A stretch of DNA of 64,000 bases. Origin: Myxococcales bacterium (lineage in GTDB: Bacteria; Myxococcota_A; Bradymonadia; UBA7976; UBA1532). Positions within the stretch are counted from its first letter, which is position 1; each line of letters starts with the position of its first letter. The translations under genes were made by a program, and so were the position numbers. Shown piece after piece: positions 52,073 through 60,345 of this stretch. The DNA lies in assembly GCA_020633435.1 (NCBI GenBank), contig JACKDP010000001.1, positions 517,359-581,358 on the forward strand. The letters are read 5' to 3'. The notes under the pieces are model-generated. The model did no database searches, had not been told where the DNA came from, and saw only the letters and a list, made by a program, of their open reading frames with translations.

Positions 52073-53202
52073 GCCCTCCAAGGAGTGCGCGACCCAAGCC
52101 CTTCTCGCTCGACATGATCAAGTGCCGGATCGTCCGCGGGCCGCACCCGGACGACCCGAACCGTTGGTACTGGCAGGCGGTCACCTACGGAGACGGTGAG
52201 CAGCGCACCATCTGGACGGGTTGGGGGTCGGTCGAGGAGGTGAAGGCCGCGCTGGCGCCGTTGCTGATGGGGATGCAGGCGGCCCCGTCGCGCCGTGAAG
52301 ACCGGGTGTCCACTGTGCAGGATCTCCTTGAGGTCTGGTTGGCGTGGCAACTCGGCCAACCGAACCTGAGCGAAGGGCGCAAGCTCAACTCGAAGAAGGA
52401 GGCAGAGCACGTCGCCGCCGTGATCGGTGATGTGCTCATCCTGCGGCTCGACACGACGACCCTGACGGAGTACCAGCGCGTGCGGCTGCGCGAGGGGGCC
52501 TCGACCGGCGTGATCCGCAACGAGATCAGCACCGTGATCCAGGCGTGGAACTGGGGCGGGGAGCGTGGGCTCGCACCGGAGCGGCGGCTGCGACGCCCCC
52601 GTTTGCAGCACAAGTCTGTGCGGAACGACTACGTTCCCGACCTGGTGGAGTTCTGGAAGGCCGTGGACGCGCTGCCCGACTCCAGACCCTGGGCTCGCAC
52701 CATGCTCCTCCTGCTGGGTGCGACGGGGGCGAGGCCAAGCGAGATCGCCGCCCTGACCTGGGAGGACATCCACTGGCGACGCCGTACCGTCCGTCTGGAC
52801 GGCAAGACCGGGAAGCGCCTGGCAGTCGTGAGCCAAGAGGTCTTGGACGAGTTGGCGCCGCACCGCCCCGACCCCGCGACTGGCCGCGTCCTCTCCGTGA
52901 GCTTGACCACGGCACGGGTGGACATCCGCAAGATCCTGCGGGACGCCTGCGTTGCGGCCAACGTGACGCCGTTCCTCCCGATGTCCATCCGCAAGATGGT
53001 CGAGAACGCGATGTTCGACGCTGGGGCCGACCCCGGCGTCGTCTCCCGGCAGCTTGGGCACACGCCGGAGGTGTCCTTGAGGCACTACCGCAGGGCGAAG
53101 TCGGCTCGCGTGGACGAGGTTCTCGCTCGTGCGGGCATCGGCACCAGGCCGGACGGCAACGTCGTGTCGCTGGCCGAGCACCGCAAGGCCAAGGACTCGT
53201 GA
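52069..53202 (+). CDS. tyrosine-type site-specific integrase
   Basis: Catalytic-domain motifs (LLGATGARPSEIAALTWEDI; LGHT...SLRHY) with the Tyr near the C-terminus. Confidence 0.85.
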   Translation: MSPPRSARPKPFSLDMIKCRIVRGPHPDDPNRWYWQAVTYGDGEQRTIWTGWGSVEEVKAALAPLLMGMQAAPSRREDRVSTVQDLLEVWLAWQLGQPNLSEGRKLNSKKEAEHVAAVIGDVLILRLDTTTLTEYQRVRLREGASTGVIRNEISTVIQAWNWGGERGLAPERRLRRPRLQHKSVRNDYVPDLVEFWKAVDALPDSRPWARTMLLLLGATGARPSEIAALTWEDIHWRRRTVRLDGKTGKRLAVVSQEVLDELAPHRPDPATGRVLSVSLTTARVDIRKILRDACVAANVTPFLPMSIRKMVENAMFDAGADPGVVSRQLGHTPEVSLRHYRRAKSARVDEVLARAGIGTRPDGNVVSLAEHRKAKDS

Positions 53203-53288
53203 CCTGTACAGCCCGACCTGTACAGCCGCAGGAGCGGCTGTCGTAACATGCTGAAACCATGCGACAAGCTGGCACAGGTGGCGGCGTT

Positions 53289-53318
53289 CAACATCAAGTG
53301 GAAGCCGGGCAACGAGCC
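53289..53318. repeat. attR: 30-bp direct repeat, right copy
   Basis: caacatcaagtggaagccgggcaacgagcc, followed in frame by the likely original gene tail (...NEPTTNLYA, stop). Confidence 0.8.
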
Positions 53319-53406
53319 GACGACGAACCTGTACGCGTGAGCGGTTCGGCAAGGGTTTGATTTGATTGCAAATCTCGCCCGCAGCGTGCTGGCGGGGGCC
53401 GGCCGC

Positions 53407-55497
53407 TCAGGACGTGAGGCGGTCGAAAGCCTGCTGGCGGGCCAGGAGCGTAGGCGACGGGGGCTCGCCCGCGAGGCGGTCGAAGCGGTCAGTGAGCAAC
53501 TTCTGCATCAGCTCGGTATGCGCCGCCGGCAGGCGCTCGAAGTGGGGCCAGAGGAGGTCCAGCGCCTCGTCCGCGGCGGCGCGGGCCTCGGCGGCCCGGC
53601 CGAGGGCAGCGAGGACGTCGCCGCTGCTGTCCATCGCGTTTGCAAGGTCAGGCTCGAACGCGTCCGGACGCGACGACGCAAGACGGCGATAGATACCCAC
53701 CGCCTCCGCCGTCGCTGACAACGCCTCCTCAAGACGACCCAACGATGAGATGTCACCGCCCAGGTTGTTGAGGCTCATGGCAAGGTCAGGCTCGAACGCG
53801 TCCGGACGCGACGACGCAAGACGTCGATACACGTCCACCGCCTCCGCCGTCGCTGACAACGCCTCCTCAAGACGACCCAACGATGAGAGCCGATTGCCCA
53901 GGTTGACCAGGCTCATGGCAAGGTCAGGCTCGAACGCGTCCGGTCGCGACGACGCAAGATGCCGATACACGTCCACCGCCTCCGCCGTCGCTGACAACGC
54001 CTCCTCAAGACGACCCAACGATGAGAGCCGATTGCCCAGGTTGACCAGGCTCATGGCAAGGTCAGGCTCGAACGCGTCCGGACGCGACGACGCAAGATAC
54101 CGATACACCTCCACCGCCTCCGCCGTCGCTGACAACGCCTCCTCTCGACGACCCAACGACGAGAGGTCAACGCCCAGGTTGTTCAGGCCACCCGCAAGGT
54201 TCGGCTCGAACGCTTCAAGACGCGACGACGCAAGACGGCGATAGATACCCACCGCCTCCATCGTCGCTGACAATGCCTCCTCAAGACGACCCAACGATGA
54301 GAGTCGATTGCCCAGGTTGTTCAGGCTCATGGCAAGGTCTGGCTCGAACGCGTCCGGACGCGACGACGCAAGACGGCGATCGAGACCCACCGCCTCCGTC
54401 GTCGCTGACAACGCCTCCTCAAGACGACCCAAAGATGAGAGCCGATTGCCCAGGTTGTTCAGGCTCGTGGCGAGGTCAGGCTCAAACGCGTCTGGACGCG
54501 ACAGTGCAAGACGGCGATAGATACCCACCGCCTCTGTCGTCGCTGACAACGCCTCCTCTCGACGACCCAACGAGGAGAGCCCAATGCCCAGGTCGGTCAG
54601 GCTCATGGCAAGATCGGGTTCGAACGCGTCCGGACGCGACGACGCAAGACGGCGATAGATACCCACCGCCTCCGCCGTCGCTGACAACGCCTCCTCTCGA
54701 CGACCCAACGACGCAAGGTCACGGCCCAGGCTGGTCAGCGCCCTCGCAACGTCTGCGTCCGGGCGTGCCGACGCGAGGCCTCTGTAGGACCCCACGGCTT
54801 CCGTTGACGCCGATAACGCTTCTGCGACCTCGTTCGCCAGGCCCATGTGCCCACTCCGCACCAAGGCCGCCAGCGCGCCAACCATCGCGTCGAAGCGCGC
54901 CGGATCCTCGGGAGCAAGCGCGAGCGCCGCTCGCGCCCGTCGCTCGGCGAGCTCCACCTCGGCAGGCGAGGCCCCATCTGACCGTTGCACGGGCGAAGTA
55001 ACATCGGGCTGCGAGACAGGAACCGGCGCGACCATCGGCTCAACAAGCAGGGTGTTGATAGACCAGAGATCGGGCGCAGCCAGCCGCACTACCGGCCGGG
55101 CCCACGCGGGCATGGCCACGACCAGGGCGTGCAGCCCGGATCGGCGCAGCGGCTCTCGGTGCTCGTTCCAGCGTTGTGCCGCGTTGAACCATGCGGTTCG
55201 CCAATCCTGCTCCGGACCAAAGGCCTCGCACCAGACCACGCCCCCTCTGGGCGCCGCCAGGATGCGACCGAGTGCGTCGCTCAGGTCCCCCGGATGCTCG
55301 CAGAGAACGGTCTCGATCGGCCAGCCACGGGCACCCGCCAGCGCCATCGTTCGGGCCCGAAGAATTCGAGCTGGAAAGCGGTCTGCCGCGACCACCGTCG
55401 CGATGACGAACCGATCTGCGAAATCCAGGAGATCACTGAGCAATTCCCAGGGCCGCTCCTCCAGGAGCGGCTGCGCTGCGAGGTGGTCTTCGGCCAC
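53407..55497 (-). CDS. TPR-like repeat protein (about nine 46-aa repeats), partner of the upstream NTPase
   Basis: Repeat unit RPDAFEPDLAMSLNNLGNRLSSLGRLEEALSATAEAV.VYRRLASS; GTG start 4 nt after the NTPase stop (ORF extends to 55554). Confidence 0.65.
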   Translation of the reverse strand: MAEDHLAAQPLLEERPWELLSDLLDFADRFVIATVVAADRFPARILRARTMALAGARGWPIETVLCEHPGDLSDALGRILAAPRGGVVWCEAFGPEQDWRTAWFNAAQRWNEHREPLRRSGLHALVVAMPAWARPVVRLAAPDLWSINTLLVEPMVAPVPVSQPDVTSPVQRSDGASPAEVELAERRARAALALAPEDPARFDAMVGALAALVRSGHMGLANEVAEALSASTEAVGSYRGLASARPDADVARALTSLGRDLASLGRREEALSATAEAVGIYRRLASSRPDAFEPDLAMSLTDLGIGLSSLGRREEALSATTEAVGIYRRLALSRPDAFEPDLATSLNNLGNRLSSLGRLEEALSATTEAVGLDRRLASSRPDAFEPDLAMSLNNLGNRLSSLGRLEEALSATMEAVGIYRRLASSRLEAFEPNLAGGLNNLGVDLSSLGRREEALSATAEAVEVYRYLASSRPDAFEPDLAMSLVNLGNRLSSLGRLEEALSATAEAVDVYRHLASSRPDAFEPDLAMSLVNLGNRLSSLGRLEEALSATAEAVDVYRRLASSRPDAFEPDLAMSLNNLGGDISSLGRLEEALSATAEAVGIYRRLASSRPDAFEPDLANAMDSSGDVLAALGRAAEARAAADEALDLLWPHFERLPAAHTELMQKLLTDRFDRLAGEPPSPTLLARQQAFDRLTS
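53510..54890. repeat. 138-bp tandem repeats (about 9 copies), coding
   Basis: The motif gtcaggctcgaacgcg recurs at 138-bp spacing; central copies nearly identical. Confidence 0.8.
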
Positions 55498-55501
55498 CGG
55501 G

Positions 55502-56800
55502 CTAGCTCGCGGCCTGTGATTCCAGACGGTCTGCGAGATCGAGAACGACGTCACGAACGATGGGGTGGACGTCGTACCACTCCGACCCGTTCTGGTAGCA
55601 GAGCACCAGGTGGCTGTCGAAGTACCGCGCCAGGCTGCCCAGGCCCTCCAGGTCCCTCAACTCGGCCTCGTGGGAGCGAGCGATCCGAGCCAGCCACCGA
55701 ACGTCCTCATGAGGAATCGGGGTGAACTGGGCCCGCAAGCGCTCCAGGGCAGCCCGGCGCGCGTCGGCCGATGCCGGCAGCGTGCGAGCCTCCAGGGCGA
55801 CGGTCTGCAGGACGCGGACGAGGTCGCGCAGGTGCCCGCCCGTCGCCAGAATCAGCTCCTCGAGAGCGTCGCGATCGCCCAGAACCACCGACCAGTCCGT
55901 GCGCTTGCCGACGAGCTGGACGAGACGCTCGATCCCAGGCGCGTAGGGCTGGCCGTCGCCATCGTCGACATAGGCCCGGACCTTCTGAGCGGGCAACGTC
56001 AGCAGGCCCGCTCCCGAATACGGGCTGCCGATGTTCGGCCGGCGGATGCGGAGCCAGGGCGGGACCGTATAGATGACATGGGTGGATGGCAGCTTGAGCT
56101 TGTCATCGTGGTCGGCGAACAAGCGTTCGAGTGACTCATGCACCCGCGCCTCGGTCTCATTGGTCCCACGGGCATGCTCGACCGAGTCGACGAGGACGAC
56201 GAGTGCCGTGCCCGGTCGGGCTGCCTCCAGCGCGAGTACACACTCCGCGACAAACCCACGCACCTCCCTGGCGAACGCGCCCAGGCTGGTCCCGAGCGCC
56301 TTCTGCACTTCCTGGCGAAAGAGCGGGTTGCTCTTGAGCTCTACCTTCATCCCCGCGAGGCTCACGTCCTTCAACGTGACGATGGTCCCGGTGACGAAGC
56401 CCCAGAGGCGCTGGCCGAGCGCGGCTCGCGCCGGGCTCTCCGGCAGGAGCGCTTCGTCGGTGAGCTTCTCGGCCAGGGCACCACAGAGGGCCAGCAGGAA
56501 GTCGGTGATGTCGATGGGGGTGTGGAGATCCAGGTAGTCCTCCACGTCGATGAGAACGACCGTGTAGTCCTCAGCGCCCAACTCACTGCGCAGACGCCTC
56601 AGCTCGGTGCTCTTGCCTGCGCCGCGGTAGCCGGACAGCAGCTGAGCACTCTCGCCCTCGGAGAACAGGATGGTCTCTTTGAGGCGAAGCACGACGTCGG
56701 ACTGGTCCTCGTACAGCGGGTAGTAGCGGGGGTCCTCCGGGTTCAACGGCACGTCAGCCATCTCTCGGAAGAAGCGCTGCCGCCGGTCGCGATCGGTCAT
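55502..56800 (-). CDS. P-loop NTPase (AAA/STAND-like)
   Basis: Walker A LLSGYRGAGKSTEL; Walker-B-like ALVVLVDSVEH; helical C-terminus. Confidence 0.65.
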   Translation of the reverse strand: MTDRDRRQRFFREMADVPLNPEDPRYYPLYEDQSDVVLRLKETILFSEGESAQLLSGYRGAGKSTELRRLRSELGAEDYTVVLIDVEDYLDLHTPIDITDFLLALCGALAEKLTDEALLPESPARAALGQRLWGFVTGTIVTLKDVSLAGMKVELKSNPLFRQEVQKALGTSLGAFAREVRGFVAECVLALEAARPGTALVVLVDSVEHARGTNETEARVHESLERLFADHDDKLKLPSTHVIYTVPPWLRIRRPNIGSPYSGAGLLTLPAQKVRAYVDDGDGQPYAPGIERLVQLVGKRTDWSVVLGDRDALEELILATGGHLRDLVRVLQTVALEARTLPASADARRAALERLRAQFTPIPHEDVRWLARIARSHEAELRDLEGLGSLARYFDSHLVLCYQNGSEWYDVHPIVRDVVLDLADRLESQAAS

Positions 56801-57447
56801 CGGGCCTCCGTCGTCCTCAGGTGCCGCGCAGTATAGGAGCCACGGTCGTCGGACACCACGGCATCGCGCACAGCCGTCATCGACCCTGGAACGCCGCCCA
56901 CGGGCTCATCGGGGCCCCCGAGGGCTCGTGGTACTGACGCGAACCCACCAGGGGGCAACTCCGGGACTCCCCTGAGGGCGTGGCCATCGAAGTGGCGGCC
57001 CGCAGGAACTGGCCACTCGATGGGCGGACCCGGGGGAAGGGGTACGCCGCCACCGGATCGGTGACGGCCGCTCGACAGCCTCCCCAGGCCCACTGCGAAA
57101 GGCAACGGCCTTCCTTTTTGTTTCGTCGACCGCTAGGAAAGGTTCCTCCGCAGCAGTAGGCAGCATGGACCTGGGCAGGACTTCTTCCGAGTGGCTCACC
57201 ACGAGCACGACAGCCGAGTAGGTCCAGGCGTTTCTGCCCGACCCCCCTGGAGCCGGCCCTCAGCCTGACGGCCGAGGACTCGCGGAGCGCGCCAACCGGG
57301 CACTCGGTGCCATCCTGTTTGGCGACTGCACCTGCCGCCTCACGCCTCCGCCTTCCGGCCAGCAGGGCCCAGGTGATAGCGTCGTCCCGCAGACCCCCGC
57401 CAGCAGGCGCGAGGTGTGCCCCCCTTGCCTGGTCCCAAGGAGGCGCC

Positions 57448-58032
57448 ATGAGCACGGTCCTCGTCCTGGCCAACGCCGTGGTCGACCAGCTTCCAGAGAC
57501 CCACAGCCCGGTTCCCTTCGTCGAAGCCTGGGCCGCGGTGGCGAAGGTCGAGGTCGTGCGCCAGGTCTTCGACGATCAGAACGATCTCAGCCAGCTGTTG
57601 AGGCGGTTCGCCACCGGGGGTCCCGCCCGGGTGGTCTGTCTCGCCGGCCATGGCGAGGGTGGCCACCCCGGCAGCCTCGGCCCGGGCATCGACCTGCCAG
57701 CCGCCCTGACAAGCGCCTTCCCGCGCGGAGCGCACCGGCCGCGCCGCCGAGGCCTGCTGACCGTGGGCTGCGAAGTCGACGCGGCGGCGGTCCTGGCCGG
57801 CACGGGCAGTGGCCTGGACTGGATCGCCGGCTGCCGCCGGCGGGTACCGTGGCTCGTCGCGGTCCACCAGGGCCTGCTGTTCCTTCACTCCCTCCTCGTG
57901 GGGCGCCCGACCGGAGACCCCGACCAGGTCCTGTCCACCATCTCCGCCGAGACGGCCGCCAGCTGGGTCTCCGCGGACCACCGGTCGCTGGTGGAGTTCG
58001 GCGTGACCGCGCGCCCGGTCGTCGAGCCGTGA
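57448..58032 (+). CDS. hypothetical protein with possible caspase-like His/Cys dyad
   Basis: GGAGG RBS before ATG; VVCLAGHGEGG and LLTVGCEVDA are spaced like a protease dyad (speculative). Confidence 0.4.
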   Translation: MSTVLVLANAVVDQLPETHSPVPFVEAWAAVAKVEVVRQVFDDQNDLSQLLRRFATGGPARVVCLAGHGEGGHPGSLGPGIDLPAALTSAFPRGAHRPRRRGLLTVGCEVDAAAVLAGTGSGLDWIAGCRRRVPWLVAVHQGLLFLHSLLVGRPTGDPDQVLSTISAETAASWVSADHRSLVEFGVTARPVVEP

Positions 58033-58081
58033 CCGCACTGGTCGCCCTCTCGGAGCCCGTTGATGTTTGCCTCCGGGCTCC

Positions 58082-58095
58082 CTACAGTTCTGTAG
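58082..58095. promoter_or_regulatory. perfect palindrome CTACAGttCTGTAG overlapping the antitoxin RBS (candidate operator)
   Basis: 6-bp arms with 2-bp spacer, about 15 nt upstream of the antitoxin ATG. Confidence 0.45.
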
Positions 58096-58109
58096 AAGGA
58101 GGTGCCCCC

Positions 58110-58400
58110 ATGTCCCGCAGCCAGATCTCCGCTTTCGTCTCCGACGAGACGCGCGCTCGCCTGGAGCGCTACGTCGCCGCGCACGGGATGAAGAAGGCCG
58201 CGGTCGTCGAGCGGGCGCTGCTGCACCACCTCCAGGCGCTCGAGGAGCTTCCCGCTGACATCGTGCTCCCGCCTCGCTTGCTCCTGGAACCCGATGGCTT
58301 CCGTCGCCTGGTCGAACGCGTGGAGGAGGCCGGTGAGCCGACCGCGGCGATGAAGGTGCTCTTCGGTGAGGTGGTTGACCCCGCGAACGATCCGACGTGA
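58110..58400 (+). CDS. ribbon-helix-helix antitoxin (DUF1778/TacA-like)
   Basis: MSRSQISAFVSDETRARLERYVAAHGMKKAAVVERALLHHL, RHH-like; stop overlaps toxin start. Confidence 0.65.
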   Translation: MSRSQISAFVSDETRARLERYVAAHGMKKAAVVERALLHHLQALEELPADIVLPPRLLLEPDGFRRLVERVEEAGEPTAAMKVLFGEVVDPANDPT

Positions 58401-58930
58401 TCGAGGTCCGTCAGCTCCGGGCTGCCGACGACCGGGCGGTGTTCTCGTGCGGCCAGCCCGACCTGGACCGCTTCTTTCTACGCTACGCCGGGCAGAACCA
58501 GTTCAAGCACCACCTCGGCGTCACCTGGGTCGCCGTCGACGGTGACCAGGGGGATCGCATCCTCGGCTTCGCGACAGTGAGCGCGTCGCAGATCGAAGCC
58601 ACCGGGCTGCCACCCGAGCTGCGCCGGCGCCTGCCCCGCTATCCCCTGCCCGTCCTCCGGCTCGCCCGCCTGGGCGTCGACCAGTCGGCGCAGGGGCGTG
58701 GCGTGGGACTGCTGCTCCTGAAGTCCGTGTTCGTCCTGGCTCGGCAGATGGCCCGGGACGTCGGGTGCGTTGGTGTCGTCGTGGACGCGAAGGCGGAGGC
58801 CATGGCCTTCTACGGGCGGTTCGGGTTCGAGGTCATCGACGGGCTGGTTGAAGGCGAGCTGGGCGACCGGCCGGTGGCGACCCCGATGTTTCTGCCGCTC
58901 GGCCTGATTCCAGCCATCGAGCCCGACTGA
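58397..58930 (+). CDS. GNAT-family acetyltransferase toxin (TacT/KacT-like)
   Basis: GNAT core LARLGVDQSAQGRGVGLLLL...AFYGRFGF; GTG overlaps antitoxin stop (GTGA). Confidence 0.7.
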   Translation: MIEVRQLRAADDRAVFSCGQPDLDRFFLRYAGQNQFKHHLGVTWVAVDGDQGDRILGFATVSASQIEATGLPPELRRRLPRYPLPVLRLARLGVDQSAQGRGVGLLLLKSVFVLARQMARDVGCVGVVVDAKAEAMAFYGRFGFEVIDGLVEGELGDRPVATPMFLPLGLIPAIEPD

Positions 58931-58972
58931 GACCAACGCGGGCGCCCCGCAAACCAGCCTACGAGGGTCCCC

Positions 58973-59659
58973 ATGGCCTTTGATCTGCGCCTGTCCGTTG
59001 ACCTCGCCGCTTGCCGCTCGGCCCTGGAGGCCCTTGCGGCATCGACCGGCTGCACCGTGGTGGTCTCTCCCGCCGGTGCCAGCTTCGGCCTGCCCCACGA
59101 CAATGATGCCGCGCGCGTGGCCTTCGCCGGCCTCGTCGCCCTCGTTCGGGCCCATGGCGGGCAGCTCCATGACCCCCAGGCAGGCGCCACCATCGACCTC
59201 GCCAACCCCGGGAGCTGGCCCCCGGCCTGGGTGGACCCCGCCGACGGCCTGCCGCCCCCACCCCGGGTGGTGGCGCAGGTGCAGGTCCGGCTGCGCACCG
59301 ACAACCTCGCGTATGCAAAGCACTTCTGGTGCGAGCGGCTGGGCGGGCGGGTGCTCTTCGCGGGTGACGCGCGGCTGGAGGTGGACCTGTACGGGGTGCG
59401 CGTGGTGCTGCACCTGGGCCCAAAGGCGCGGCCGAAGCCTGCCCTGGTGGGGCCCGGGGGGCAGGATCAGCTGCCCGCCACCTGCCTGACGCTCACGCTG
59501 CCCGCGGGGGACTACGACGCGCTGCTGCGGCGGCTGCGGGCGATGGCGCAGTACTTCTCGTTTCAGCCGCGGCCACGGCAGATCGACGGGGGCGCGCAGG
59601 CCGAGTCGTTCGTGGTGGCCGACTCCAACGTGAACTTCGTCGAGGTGCGGCGCGGCTAG
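58973..59659 (+). CDS. hypothetical protein, possibly VOC/glyoxalase-fold
   Basis: Weak resemblance only. Confidence 0.4.
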   Translation: MAFDLRLSVDLAACRSALEALAASTGCTVVVSPAGASFGLPHDNDAARVAFAGLVALVRAHGGQLHDPQAGATIDLANPGSWPPAWVDPADGLPPPPRVVAQVQVRLRTDNLAYAKHFWCERLGGRVLFAGDARLEVDLYGVRVVLHLGPKARPKPALVGPGGQDQLPATCLTLTLPAGDYDALLRRLRAMAQYFSFQPRPRQIDGGAQAESFVVADSNVNFVEVRRG

Positions 59660-59734
59660 CCGGCGCCCCGCGGCTTGCACCGACCCCCCTCCCCGGTCCA
59701 CCCTCCGGCCGATTTTCGACCGAGAGGAGTCCCC

Positions 59735-60286
59735 ATGGCCCACCCCTGGCACGACCTGCCCAACAACCCCGACACCTGCCACGAGTCGTTCAACGTCGTC
59801 ATCGAGATCCCGCGCGGGTCGAAGGTGAAGTATGAGATCGACAAGCCCACCGGCCTGCTGCGGGTGGATCGCATCTTGTACTCTTCGGTGATGTATCCGG
59901 CCAACTATGGCTTCATCCCCCGCTCGTACTGCGAGGATGGCGATCCGCTGGACGTGCTGGTGCTGGGATCGGAGGCCGTGCACCCGCTGTCCATCATGGA
60001 GGCGCGGGCCATCGGGGTGATGCACATGGAGGATCGCGGCGAGGCGGATGACAAGATCATCGCCGTGCATGTGCATGATCCGGCCTTCGCCGACTACACG
60101 GATGTGTCTCAGATCCCGAGTCATATCGGGCGCGAGATCAAGCGGTTCTTCCTCGACTACACCATCCTGGAGGGCAAGGTGGTGCAGGTGGATGACATTC
60201 AGGGGCGCGACGCCGCCATCGAGGTCATCCGGGAGGCGTTCGCCTTCTACCGCGCCGAGGAGACGAAGCTGCGCGGCTGGCGGTAG
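59735..60286 (+). CDS. ppa: inorganic pyrophosphatase
   Basis: FNVVIEIPRGSKVKYEIDK...DGDPLDVLVL, family I PPase; start at internal ATG with GAGGAG RBS. Confidence 0.9.
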   Translation: MAHPWHDLPNNPDTCHESFNVVIEIPRGSKVKYEIDKPTGLLRVDRILYSSVMYPANYGFIPRSYCEDGDPLDVLVLGSEAVHPLSIMEARAIGVMHMEDRGEADDKIIAVHVHDPAFADYTDVSQIPSHIGREIKRFFLDYTILEGKVVQVDDIQGRDAAIEVIREAFAFYRAEETKLRGWR

Positions 60287-60345
60287 CAGCGTTGATCCCC
60301 GGCGCATCTCGGTAGAGAGTGCCGCCAGGACGCGGAGGTGGTGCG

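Larger units (their letters stand above)
37467..53318. mobile_element. integrative element (~15.9 kb) in the 3' end of the thioredoxin-family gene
   Basis: Flanking 30-bp direct repeats; tyrosine integrase next to the right repeat; internal serine recombinase and two Xis-like HTH genes; cargo visibly less G+C-rich with different codon habits. Confidence 0.75.

Noticed and set aside
53510-54890. Possible CRISPR array, considered because of the regular repeats
   Set aside because: The repeats are 138 bp, contiguous with no spacers, and encode the 46-aa TPR-like units; likewise the 21-bp repeat at 14020-14150 is coding.
55502-55554. Possible frameshift fusing the NTPase and TPR genes into one STAND protein
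   Set aside because: The NTPase frame reads as sensible protein up to its TAG, whereas the TPR frame over the same DNA does not; a GTG 4 nt after the stop gives a coupled two-gene arrangement.
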